Source of the DNA: Sodaliphilus sp.
GTDB lineage: Bacteria; Bacillota_I; Bacilli_A; RFN20; CAG-826
Reading direction: 5' to 3'
NCBI GenBank assembly: GCA_963643355.1
Contig: CAVIJE010000002.1
Coordinates: 40,142-104,141, forward strand
DNA: 64,000 bases
This document shows, one piece after another, positions 1 through 9,242 of the stretch; position 1 is the stretch's first letter, and each line of letters begins with the position of its first letter. Made by a program: the position numbers and the translations under genes. The notes under the pieces are model-generated. The model saw only the letters and a list, made by a program, of their open reading frames with translations, ran no database searches and was not told where the DNA came from.

Positions 1-2291
1 ACGTATCATATAGAAACAATAATATGTTCGAAGGAAACGAGGCTTCTATTGAATACGTTAACAACGTTCCAGTCGTCACTATTAAAGTCAATGAAACCGG
101 CGAGAACGGCAAATTAAATGAACTTGTTAAATTCTGTTCGGAAAACTCAACCGAGGCAAACGAAGAATCTTCAACCGAAGCTTCATATTGCTATGTAGTT
201 CTTTGGAATCACTATCAAGAAGGCGATAACTATCTTGACGCCACAAACACCTCTGCTACGGATTATGACCCAAATATGGCCAAACGTCTCATTTTCGGAG
301 AAGGCGCCTCAAATGCTTGGTATGTCGATACAGCCAATGAAAATAATAATTACACCAAATTTCAGTTGATTCCTAATAGCGACGCTATAAGCAATGGTAA
401 TTTCGATTCATCAAAGGCCGGAGCTGCCTACAAAGCTGCCCTCTATTATTGCTCGATTTTAAATGCTTCTAAATACGATTACGACGTCACATTCGACTAT
501 TCAACAAATGTTTCATCTTCGATTGACAGTTTGATTTCCGCAAGAGATTGGCATTTAAATGTTAATTTTGGACCTACAATGATTGCCATTATCGCTTCTG
601 TTGCTATCGCTGCGATTATTTTATCTTTGTTCTTCCATTTAGGTGCTCTTGGAATAATGACCAATACACTTCTTTCTATTGAATTAGGCATTCTCATTTT
701 CTCTTACTTTTCTGCCCAATTCGGAATAGGAGCACTAGTTGGCTTTATTCTTGGCGGTCTTGTAACTATATTTGGCGGAGCGTATTATTACGCAAAAACC
801 AAAGAAGAACTTTATAAAGGACGTTCCTTAAAGAAAGCTGAATCAGAAGCAGCCAAAAAGTCATTATGGCCTTTACTTGATGCTGCAATTGTTTCGATCG
901 TTGCTGGTCTTTGCATTTACGGATTTATTCCGGGAACCGTCGGAAAAATGGGTTTATCTCTCATTTGGACATCAGCTTTTGGAACATTGCTGAATCTTCT
1001 TTTGGGTAGACTTCTTGGCTGGATGCTTGCCAATGATACATCAACCGAAAAAACTATTGGCAAAACGTATTTCGTTGACGAAAAGAAGATGCCTGACTTA
1101 CTTAAAGAAGAGAAACAAACGTATTTTGGGCCTTATGGAGATAAAGATTTCACCAAACATAAGCATGTGTGGGAAATTTGCGCTGGCGTTTTGACTTTAG
1201 CTTCCGTTGTTGGAGTAGCCGTCTTTGGCGCATTAAAGACCGATACATTGAATTATTCCGGAGCCTATGAGAATACAACATCGATTTCGATTGAGTACCG
1301 TGTTGACAGCAATTCGCAGGCGACGAAAACGATGGCCACTCTTGACGATGCTCGTGATGGATTGCTTAATTTAATCGAATACGACGGCAAAACGCTTTAT
1401 GAATATGTTGTCGGAGATATTGTTTTAGAACAAACAACGGCTTCTATCAACGATGATTCGGAAATCAAGAAATACAACATATATCATTTCGACATTTCCT
1501 TGAGTGTTTATTTCAATGAACAAACAAGATATACATTTACAGTCAACGGAACTGAAGAACAAGAATATTTGAATGTCGCGTTAGAAGAAGTGATCTCCAA
1601 GAACGCTAACGCTGATGATATTGTTGTTAGCGCCAATCGCGTCGTCTATCAAGCTGGAAGCCCAGATTTAGGCACGGTTTATATTGCAATCAGCGTTGCC
1701 GCTGCGTCAATTCTCGTCTATTATTGGATTAGATTCCGCTTATCTCGTTCGTTATCTGCGACGTTCTTTGCTCTTGCAAATAGCGTTATTGTCGCCGGAT
1801 TCTTCGCTTTGACACGAATTGCCGTAACTCCTACTATTGGAATTGCGATAATAAGCGCTTTCTTCGTGGTGGAATTCCTCGCTTTATTCTTATTTAATAA
1901 AGAAAAAGAATTGATTAAAGATAGCCGTGAAAAGAACAAAGATTCCTTGGCCTTTAGAAATTCATCTTTGATTAAAGCTAATTCACAATCCGCCGGAGAC
2001 ATAATTATTTTCTCTCTAATTGGATTGGGCATGTTCTTACCTTTCATCGGCATCGCTCCATCTATATACAGAACGATGTTCCTTGGGCTTGGAATAAGCA
2101 TTCTACTCGCATTAGCCTTGATCGTAACGGTCACTGCATCATCATCTGTCTTAGCCAGCGAAACTTTAACTAAAATCAAGAAATCTGTTCGTGATAGTTG
2201 GAATAACAGACCTCGTTCTGAAAAATCCAAGACCGCGAAAAAGAAGGGCACAGAGCCAGAAGAAGCGACCTTTATCGGAATTAACGACTAA
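1..2291 (+). CDS. secDF: Protein translocase SecDF (fused SecD-SecF), 5' end cut by window edge
   Basis: ORF 24..2291 stays open upstream to base 3. The first ~185 aa are a soluble domain with no TM1. Two blocks of multiple hydrophobic helices follow, separated by a second soluble domain (SecD then SecF layout). Confidence 0.8.
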   Translation, partial: VSYRNNNMFEGNEASIEYVNNVPVVTIKVNETGENGKLNELVKFCSENSTEANEESSTEASYCYVVLWNHYQEGDNYLDATNTSATDYDPNMAKRLIFGEGASNAWYVDTANENNNYTKFQLIPNSDAISNGNFDSSKAGAAYKAALYYCSILNASKYDYDVTFDYSTNVSSSIDSLISARDWHLNVNFGPTMIAIIASVAIAAIILSLFFHLGALGIMTNTLLSIELGILIFSYFSAQFGIGALVGFILGGLVTIFGGAYYYAKTKEELYKGRSLKKAESEAAKKSLWPLLDAAIVSIVAGLCIYGFIPGTVGKMGLSLIWTSAFGTLLNLLLGRLLGWMLANDTSTEKTIGKTYFVDEKKMPDLLKEEKQTYFGPYGDKDFTKHKHVWEICAGVLTLASVVGVAVFGALKTDTLNYSGAYENTTSISIEYRVDSNSQATKTMATLDDARDGLLNLIEYDGKTLYEYVVGDIVLEQTTASINDDSEIKKYNIYHFDISLSVYFNEQTRYTFTVNGTEEQEYLNVALEEVISKNANADDIVVSANRVVYQAGSPDLGTVYIAISVAAASILVYYWIRFRLSRSLSATFFALANSVIVAGFFALTRIAVTPTIGIAIISAFFVVEFLALFLFNKEKELIKDSREKNKDSLAFRNSSLIKANSQSAGDIIIFSLIGLGMFLPFIGIAPSIYRTMFLGLGISILLALALIVTVTASSSVLASETLTKIKKSVRDSWNNRPRSEKSKTAKKKGTEPEEATFIGIND

Positions 2292-3841
2292 TGGAAGACT
2301 TAATCGAAAGACTTTGCAAATATTACGGGATTACGAAGGAGGATTATAAGAGATTATCTCTTCCTCCTTCTTTTTCGAATATTCCGTTATTAAACGAAAA
2401 TCCAATCATCTTAAGGGCCATAAAGAAACTAGAACTTATCAAAAAAGAAAATGGTCGAGTTTTAGTTTATGGTGATTACGATACCGACGGAGTGATGTCC
2501 ACGTCGATTTTAGTTTCATCTTTTAGAGAATTCGGCTTACAAGCAGAAGGATATTTGCCTTCAAGATATATCGATGGTTACGGACTTACGGTTGAAAACG
2601 TAAGAAAAATCAAAAGTAAGGGCTATTCATTGATTTTTACCTGCGATAATGGCGTGACTGCACACGAAGCCTTGATTGAGGCCAAAAAAATTGGCATCGA
2701 CGTCATGATTCTTGATCACCACGAATTTGATGACCGTCAACCAGAATGCGATATTGTAATTCACCCAAATACGGTAAATTATGGAAAGGTGGATATTTCC
2801 GCTGGCTATCTTTCTTTTATTTTCTCATGTGCTTTATTGAACCGCGTTGATGATTATCTTATGTGTTTAGGGGCGGTTTCAACAATTAGCGATATGATGC
2901 CTTTGCTTGATTATAATCGCGAAATAGTCAGACTTATGCTCGAAAAAATGAACAAAGTTCAATATAAGGAATTCGGCATGCTGACGGCAAATAAACATTT
3001 TGATGAAACGGTTTTCCAAATGGAAATTATTCCTAAGATCAATTCGATTGGCCGTATCGAAAAAGGCAATTTGATTAACCGCCTCGTCAAATATTTCAGT
3101 GCTCACGATGCTGAATACAACGAAAAAGTGGCATCTTGGATCAACGAACAAAACGAAAAAAGAAAAGAATTAACAAAAAACGCTGCTGATTCTCTTAGTT
3201 TAAACCCTAACGACGCTGCCATAGTTGTTCAAACAAATCTTCCAGAAGGGCTAAACGGACTGTTAGCGGCAAGACTTTTAAATGCTTATCAAAAACCAAT
3301 TGCCGTTTTCTCTGAAAAAGAGAAAGAACCATCCTTACTTGTCGGGTCTTTAAGGTCGTTAGAAGGAATGAACATTTTAGAAGCATATTCCTCTATGAAA
3401 ACTACACTTTTAACAAAGGGCGGCCATCCATTTGCCGGCGGGTGTTCAATCAAGAAAGAAGATTTTGAAAATTTCAAAAAAGATTATATATTTTTTGCTT
3501 TAAAACATAAAATAATGGCGAAAAAGAACGATTTAATCGATATTTCTTTATCAGAATGCAATATGAAAAGCTATCGTATAATCAGATCTTTAGCTCCATT
3601 TGGAATGTCTTGGGACGCGCCTAAATTTTTGCTTAAAGATTTAAACCCAACGACGTTTACATATGTCAAAAACGGACAATACTTGTCGGTTAAACTTAGC
3701 GAAGATACTAAAATTTTCTCTTTTTCACTAAACGAAAATTCTTTTGAGCCTGACGAAAAGGTTAATTTATCCATTTCTTTCAAACTAAATGAATATAAAG
3801 GCAGGATATCTTTAAACTTAATGGCCGAAAGAGTTATCTAA
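2291..3841 (+). CDS. recJ: Single-stranded-DNA exonuclease RecJ (DHH/DHHA1 family)
   Basis: DHH motifs VYGDYDTDGV and ILDHHE; DHHA1 motif GGHPFAGG. TAATG overlap with the secDF stop. Confidence 0.85.
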   Translation: MEDLIERLCKYYGITKEDYKRLSLPPSFSNIPLLNENPIILRAIKKLELIKKENGRVLVYGDYDTDGVMSTSILVSSFREFGLQAEGYLPSRYIDGYGLTVENVRKIKSKGYSLIFTCDNGVTAHEALIEAKKIGIDVMILDHHEFDDRQPECDIVIHPNTVNYGKVDISAGYLSFIFSCALLNRVDDYLMCLGAVSTISDMMPLLDYNREIVRLMLEKMNKVQYKEFGMLTANKHFDETVFQMEIIPKINSIGRIEKGNLINRLVKYFSAHDAEYNEKVASWINEQNEKRKELTKNAADSLSLNPNDAAIVVQTNLPEGLNGLLAARLLNAYQKPIAVFSEKEKEPSLLVGSLRSLEGMNILEAYSSMKTTLLTKGGHPFAGGCSIKKEDFENFKKDYIFFALKHKIMAKKNDLIDISLSECNMKSYRIIRSLAPFGMSWDAPKFLLKDLNPTTFTYVKNGQYLSVKLSEDTKIFSFSLNENSFEPDEKVNLSISFKLNEYKGRISLNLMAERVI

Positions 3842-3880
3842 AATATCATTTTTTCCGCTAAGGCGATATAATTATTAAGT

Positions 3881-6100
3881 ATGAGTGAACAAATTAACGA
3901 CAAACAAGAAAAATTATTGCCAAATGGCGGCTATCCAATGCATACATATGAGGATCTCCGCGACCTTTTTTGCGTATACATCAAAGATCAAAAAGACCGT
4001 GATTTGATCAGATCGGCTTATGAATTGGCGGCAAAAAAACATAGTGGGGTTTTCCGTCGCTCTGGCGAGCCCTATATTCAACATCCTATTGAAGTAGCCT
4101 ATATTTTGGCTGAACTTCAATCTGGGCCAGAGACAATAATTTCCGGACTTTTGCATGATACGGTCGAAGATACCGACCTTACTATTGCCGAAATCGAACA
4201 GCAATTTGGAAAAGATGTTGCTTTAATCGTAGATTCTTTAACGAAAATTCAAAGAATGAAGCTTTCGCATAGAACTGAACAGGATTTCGAAGCGGAAGAC
4301 CATAAAAAAATCTTCCTTGGCATGGCTAGGGACGTTCGAGTGATAATTGTTAAATTAGCTGATCGTCTTCATAATCTTAGAACCTTGCAATCGTTACGCC
4401 CAGAAAGACAAAAAGCCCTAGCTAAAGAGACTTTGGAGGTCTTCACGCCTATCGCCCATCGTCTTGGCATTTACAAGATGCAAAGTGAGATGGAAGATCT
4501 TTCTCTTAAATATTACGAACCGGAGAAATATCAAGCCATTCTCAAATTGCTTAACGAGAAAGAGAGCAATCGTCAAGATTCGCTTAACAATTTAAAAAAG
4601 CGTATTGCCGACTTGATATTTGAACAAAACATCCCATTCAGAATGGAATCTAGAATCAAGTCAATTTACTCGATTTATCGCAAAATGTATTTAAAGAAAT
4701 ATAATTTCGATGAAATCTACGACGTTTTGGCAATTCGCGTTATAACTCATTCGATCATTCAATGTTATGAGATTTTAGGTATCGTGCATGCGACATTCAA
4801 ACCAATTCCTGGTAGATTCAAGGATTATATTGCCATGCCTAAGCCAAATATGTACCAGTCGTTACATACATCAATAGTTTCAGGCGACGGAAACGTTTAT
4901 GAAGTTCAAATCAGAACTGAAGAAATGGATCAAGTAGCGGAAGAAGGTGTTGCAGCCCATTGGAAATACAAAGAAGGCAGCAATTACAATGCCAAAGAAG
5001 AACAAAAAGATATCGAGAATAAACTCCATTGGTTTAGAGATTTCGTTTCGATGTCCGGGGAAAGCGGCGAAAACGCTAAAGAATATATGGCAGCTTTGTC
5101 GAATGATATATTCAATGCCAACGTTTACGTTTTCACTCCTTTAGGCAAGGTCGTTGATTTGCCTTCTGGCGCTACAACTTTGGATTTCGCCTATAGAATT
5201 CATACGAAAGTAGGGGATTCAGCCATTGGTGCTGTCGTTAACGGAACGATGGTTCCATTAAATACGGTCTTAAAAACAGGTGATGTTTGTGAAATTAAAA
5301 CTTCGAAAAATTCACCAGGCCCAAATCAAGGGTGGCTTGAAATAGCCAAAACAGCCAATGCAAAATCGCACATCAAGAAAGTTATTGCTAAAAATAACGA
5401 ATTCATGCGCGAAGAAAACATTCGTAAAGGCTATGAAAGTTGTCTCGAAGCCTTTAAAGGACAAGACATTGGTTCAGGAGAAATGATAAAGCTGCTTGAA
5501 AAAGCTCTTGATCACTTCAAATTCGATAATCTTGACGCTTTATACGAAGCAGTGTTCAATCGAAATGTTACCCCTTATTCGATAATTGATTATCTAGGCG
5601 TGAGGAAACGTGACAAGAAGACTATCCAAGGCAAACACAATACCTCTAACGACACAAAAAACCCTATTATTGTCGACGGAATAGATAATGTTGCAGTCAA
5701 TTTGGGAAAATGCTGCACGCCAATCCCTGGGGATGATATAACAGGATATGTGACTAAAGGTAAGGGAATTGTAGTCCACCGACTTTCTTGTCCGAACATC
5801 TCTGACGCTAAGAATAGGACAATCCCCGTTCATTGGAACCCTGATTTAGGCATTTCTACTTATCCTGTTGATATACAAATATACGCTAATGATCGACAAA
5901 ATCTTATCGGAGATATGTTAGGGTGCCTATCATCTAAGAACATTGAGGTGGTAGACTTAAAAGTTCATCTTATTCATGAAACGATGAACGATGTCATTGG
6001 AGCGACGATTTATGTCTCCGATGCTAAAACTCTTGAAGATGTCTTTGCTGCCTTAAAGGGAGTCAGAGGAATCTTTGAATGTAAAAGAATTATTCACTAG
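3881..6100 (+). CDS. relA: Bifunctional (p)ppGpp synthetase/hydrolase Rel
   Basis: HD hydrolase motif HDTVEDT, RelA/SpoT synthetase core DYIAMPKPNMYQSLHT, TGS region VFTPLGKVVDLPSGATTLDFAYRIH, C-terminal ACT-like domain. Confidence 0.9.
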   Translation: MSEQINDKQEKLLPNGGYPMHTYEDLRDLFCVYIKDQKDRDLIRSAYELAAKKHSGVFRRSGEPYIQHPIEVAYILAELQSGPETIISGLLHDTVEDTDLTIAEIEQQFGKDVALIVDSLTKIQRMKLSHRTEQDFEAEDHKKIFLGMARDVRVIIVKLADRLHNLRTLQSLRPERQKALAKETLEVFTPIAHRLGIYKMQSEMEDLSLKYYEPEKYQAILKLLNEKESNRQDSLNNLKKRIADLIFEQNIPFRMESRIKSIYSIYRKMYLKKYNFDEIYDVLAIRVITHSIIQCYEILGIVHATFKPIPGRFKDYIAMPKPNMYQSLHTSIVSGDGNVYEVQIRTEEMDQVAEEGVAAHWKYKEGSNYNAKEEQKDIENKLHWFRDFVSMSGESGENAKEYMAALSNDIFNANVYVFTPLGKVVDLPSGATTLDFAYRIHTKVGDSAIGAVVNGTMVPLNTVLKTGDVCEIKTSKNSPGPNQGWLEIAKTANAKSHIKKVIAKNNEFMREENIRKGYESCLEAFKGQDIGSGEMIKLLEKALDHFKFDNLDALYEAVFNRNVTPYSIIDYLGVRKRDKKTIQGKHNTSNDTKNPIIVDGIDNVAVNLGKCCTPIPGDDITGYVTKGKGIVVHRLSCPNISDAKNRTIPVHWNPDLGISTYPVDIQIYANDRQNLIGDMLGCLSSKNIEVVDLKVHLIHETMNDVIGATIYVSDAKTLEDVFAALKGVRGIFECKRIIH

Positions 6101-6110
6101 GAGGTTAAAA

Positions 6111-7445
6111 ATGAATTATCAACCAGTAAAAGGAACGCATGATTTATATGGCGATGAGATGGCTGGAATGCAATATGTGACGGAAGTCTTGTCAACATGC
6201 GTTGAATTATATGCTTATAAGGAAATAATGCCACCGGTACTCGAATATACCGAAGTATTCGCTCGTGGAACGGGCGGAAGCAGCGATATCGTCCGTAAAG
6301 AAATGTACACCTTCTTAGATAAAGGAGATCGCTCGGTTACAATGCGTCCTGAATTTACAGCCGGCATAGTAAGGAGCGTAGTTTCTAACAAAATGTACGC
6401 TGATGGAGGCAATTTGCCCTTAAAACTTTATTATCATGGCCCGGCTTTCCGCTATGAAAGACCGCAATTAGGCAGATATCGTCAGTTTAACCAATTCGGT
6501 GTTGAGGAAATTGGCTTAGATAGCCCAAGAGCCGACGCTGAATGCATTATTATGGCAATTCAGTCGCTTTATATGCTCGGTTTTAAAAAACTTAGCCTTA
6601 AAATCAATACTATTGGCGACAATGAAACTAGAGAAAATTATCGTAAGGCATTAAAAGAATATTTCTCCTCACATATGGATGAAATGTGTCAAGATTGTCA
6701 TGAAAGACTAGAGCTTAATCCTTTAAGAATTCTCGATTGCAAAGTTGAACACGATCAAGAAATCGCAAAAAACGCCCCAAAAATAAAAGATTATTTGTCT
6801 GAAGCATCCGAAAAACGTTTCTATACGACCCTTTCTATCATCAATGACTTAGGAATTGAGTATGAAATCGATGATTCTTTAGTTAGGGGACTTGACTATT
6901 ATTCTGAAGTCGTTTTCGAGATTCACGCTTTGAGCGATACGGGCGTTGATTATGGCGCATTATGCGGTGGCGGACACTATGGAGGTCTTGTTGAAGCGTT
7001 AGGCGGCCCATCGTTAGCTGGCGTTGGCTACGCAATGGGAATCGAACGTGTTTACAATCTCGCTAAAGATAATGGATTACTTTCTTCTTTAGATAATGGC
7101 ATTGATATTTACGTAATACCTGTCGGCGAGGAAGTTCTTGATGATGTCTTCAATATTACCGAAGAAATCAGGGGTTTAGGCTTCAAGACTGACAATCCAT
7201 TGTCTTCTTGCAAATTAGGGAGTGCCTTTAAGAAAGCTGAAAAACGTGGAGCAAAATTTGCTCTTATCATCGGCGGGAACGAACTTGAAAATGGTGTTGC
7301 CCAATTGAAAAATCTTGCGAGCAAAGAGCAAAAAGAGATCGATTTAAACAATCTCGCTGAGGAACTCGACGAGGCTTTTGAATCTTTAGAAAGTCATGAG
7401 CATGGTGAACATTGCCATTGCCATGAATGTAACGGAGAAAAATAA
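6111..7445 (+). CDS. hisS: Histidine--tRNA ligase with Cys/His-rich C-terminal tail
   Basis: Class II aaRS. N-terminus MNYQPVKGTHD fits HisS. GGAGG-type SD (6101..6105) lies 5 nt before the ATG at 6111. The track start at 6075 overlaps the relA end. Confidence 0.9.
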   Translation: MNYQPVKGTHDLYGDEMAGMQYVTEVLSTCVELYAYKEIMPPVLEYTEVFARGTGGSSDIVRKEMYTFLDKGDRSVTMRPEFTAGIVRSVVSNKMYADGGNLPLKLYYHGPAFRYERPQLGRYRQFNQFGVEEIGLDSPRADAECIIMAIQSLYMLGFKKLSLKINTIGDNETRENYRKALKEYFSSHMDEMCQDCHERLELNPLRILDCKVEHDQEIAKNAPKIKDYLSEASEKRFYTTLSIINDLGIEYEIDDSLVRGLDYYSEVVFEIHALSDTGVDYGALCGGGHYGGLVEALGGPSLAGVGYAMGIERVYNLAKDNGLLSSLDNGIDIYVIPVGEEVLDDVFNITEEIRGLGFKTDNPLSSCKLGSAFKKAEKRGAKFALIIGGNELENGVAQLKNLASKEQKEIDLNNLAEELDEAFESLESHEHGEHCHCHECNGEK

Positions 7446-7446
7446 A

Positions 7447-9177
7447 ATGGAAAGAACTGATTATAACGGAGAATTAAGACTCAAAGATGAAGGACGAGAG
7501 GTTTCCTTGGTTGGATGGGTATCCACGAGAAGAAATCTTGGTTCAATCTTATTCATAGATTTAAGAGATAACACCGGTATCGTCCAACTTATTGTTGAAG
7601 ATCCAACGAAAATTCCGGACGTTCGTAATGAATACGTGATTTCGGTAAAAGGCGTGGTTCGTAAAAAGGACGTGCCAAACAAAAAGATTCCAACAGGCGA
7701 TATAGAAGTAGTCGTAAAAGATTTGACAGTTATCAACAAAGCCGATAATCCGCCATTCATTATTGCCGATAAGACCGATGCTTTAGAAGATACGAGACTT
7801 GAATATCGTTATTTGGATTTGCGTCGCCCTTGCATGCTTAATAATTTACGCACTAGAGCCAAAATCGTGAAAATAACCCACGAATATTTAGATTCTAATC
7901 GCTTTTTGGAAGTGGAAACGCCTATTCTTGACCTAGCTACCCCAGAAGGAGCAAGAGATTATCTTGTTCCATCTCGTTTACATCATGGCTCATTCTACGC
8001 CTTGCCACAATCCCCACAATTATTTAAGCAATTGTTAATGATTGGCGGAATTGAAAGATACTATCAAATCGCAAAATGTTTCCGCGATGAAGATTTAAGA
8101 GCCGATAGGCAACCAGAATTTACTCAAATCGATGTCGAAACATCATTCTTAGATCAAGACCAAGTCTTAGAATTGGCAGAAGGAATGATTAAACGTTATT
8201 TCAAAGAAATCGTTAATTACGATGTAAAACTTCCTTTGCGCCGCATGGATTTTTGGGATGCTATGGACACATATGGATCGGATAAGCCTGACACTCGCTA
8301 CGGCTTAGAAATACACGATTTGACTGCCATTATGAAGAAAACGGATTTTGCGTCATTTGCCGATGCTAAATACGTTAAGGGCATCATCGTGCCTAACAAA
8401 GGCGCGGAGACAAGCCGTAAAAAAGTTGATCAATTATCTTCTGAAGCACGCAAATTTAGACTTAAAGGCGTTTTAACGCTCAAAGTAGAAGATGGCAAAT
8501 TAGAGGGATCTTTCACTAAATTTATGACGGAAGAAGTTCAATCCGAATTAATTGCCTCTTTGGGGTTAAAGAACGATGATTTGCTTGTTTTTGCTTCAAG
8601 CGATGATAGACGCAACATCGATTTTGGCCTTGGAGCTATAAGAACGCTTTTCGCAAAAGAAATGGGACTTATCAAGCCAGGGACATATGATTTATTATGG
8701 ATTGTTAACTTCCCAATGTTCGATAAAGTTGAAGGAACAGATTATTACACAGCTGAACACCACCCATTTACGAGACCAAGAGATGAAGATTTGCCATTGC
8801 TTGACACGGATCCTGAAAAAGTCCTCGCTTACGCCTATGATATCGTAATCAACGGATATGAAGCTGGTGGCGGAACTATGAGAATTTACGATCATGATAC
8901 TCAATGGAAGATTTTCAATCTCATTGGACTTTCGCCAGAAGATGTCGAAAGAAAATTCGGCTGGTTCCTTAAAGCTTTCAATTATGGCGTTCCGCCTCAC
9001 GCTGGCTTCGCTTTAGGACTTGATAGATTATGCATGATTCTTTGTGGAACTGATAACATTCGCGATGTTGAGGCTTTCCCTAAGAATTTACAAGCTGTCG
9101 ATCCTATGTCTAAAGCACCATCCACCGTTTCAGAACAAGCGTTAGATGATGTTGGAATTGAAATTAAAAAAGAATAA
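7447..9177 (+). CDS. aspS: Aspartate--tRNA ligase
   Basis: OB-fold N-terminus. Class II motifs FRDEDLRADRQPEFTQID and GLDRL. The ATG at 7447 follows the hisS stop by 1 nt; the track start 7396 lies inside hisS. Confidence 0.9.
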   Translation: MERTDYNGELRLKDEGREVSLVGWVSTRRNLGSILFIDLRDNTGIVQLIVEDPTKIPDVRNEYVISVKGVVRKKDVPNKKIPTGDIEVVVKDLTVINKADNPPFIIADKTDALEDTRLEYRYLDLRRPCMLNNLRTRAKIVKITHEYLDSNRFLEVETPILDLATPEGARDYLVPSRLHHGSFYALPQSPQLFKQLLMIGGIERYYQIAKCFRDEDLRADRQPEFTQIDVETSFLDQDQVLELAEGMIKRYFKEIVNYDVKLPLRRMDFWDAMDTYGSDKPDTRYGLEIHDLTAIMKKTDFASFADAKYVKGIIVPNKGAETSRKKVDQLSSEARKFRLKGVLTLKVEDGKLEGSFTKFMTEEVQSELIASLGLKNDDLLVFASSDDRRNIDFGLGAIRTLFAKEMGLIKPGTYDLLWIVNFPMFDKVEGTDYYTAEHHPFTRPRDEDLPLLDTDPEKVLAYAYDIVINGYEAGGGTMRIYDHDTQWKIFNLIGLSPEDVERKFGWFLKAFNYGVPPHAGFALGLDRLCMILCGTDNIRDVEAFPKNLQAVDPMSKAPSTVSEQALDDVGIEIKKE

Positions 9178-9200
9178 ATATTATCTTTAGATAATATAAA

Positions 9201-9230
9201 TTACTAATAAATCAACTAAAAAACTACTAG
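9201..9230 (-). repeat. Phased repeats CTAGTAG / TTAGTTG / TTAGTAA (minus strand) upstream of tkt
   Basis: Plus-strand ctactag 9224..9230, caactaa 9213..9219, ttactaa 9201..9207; spacing 11 and 12. Confidence 0.6.
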
Positions 9231-9242
9231 AAAGGAATAGTT

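Noticed and set aside
1721-2251. Long antisense ORFs inside real genes: 1721..2251 (176 aa), 13001..13435 (144 aa), 60533..61027 (164 aa), 22588..22977, 42397..42759, 53246..53614, 35271..35609 and 50878..51195.
   Set aside because: Each lies wholly opposite a confidently identified gene and has low-complexity, Leu/Ser/Phe/Lys-rich translations with no motifs. In the relevant antisense frame, stops can only arise opposite Tyr/His/Gln codons of the sense gene, so stop-poor stretches are expected (for example opposite membrane segments of SecF). No SD or promoter signals were seen.
6075-6110. Upstream-extended starts offered by the ORF track for hisS (6075), aspS (7396), deoB (17512), yhbY (21229), yqeH (22373), rpsU (41828, GTG), the C39-like gene (41559, GTG) and dnaJ (48513).
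   Set aside because: The extensions overlap the preceding gene or lack an SD. An internal ATG has a good SD and/or gives the N-terminus typical of the family.
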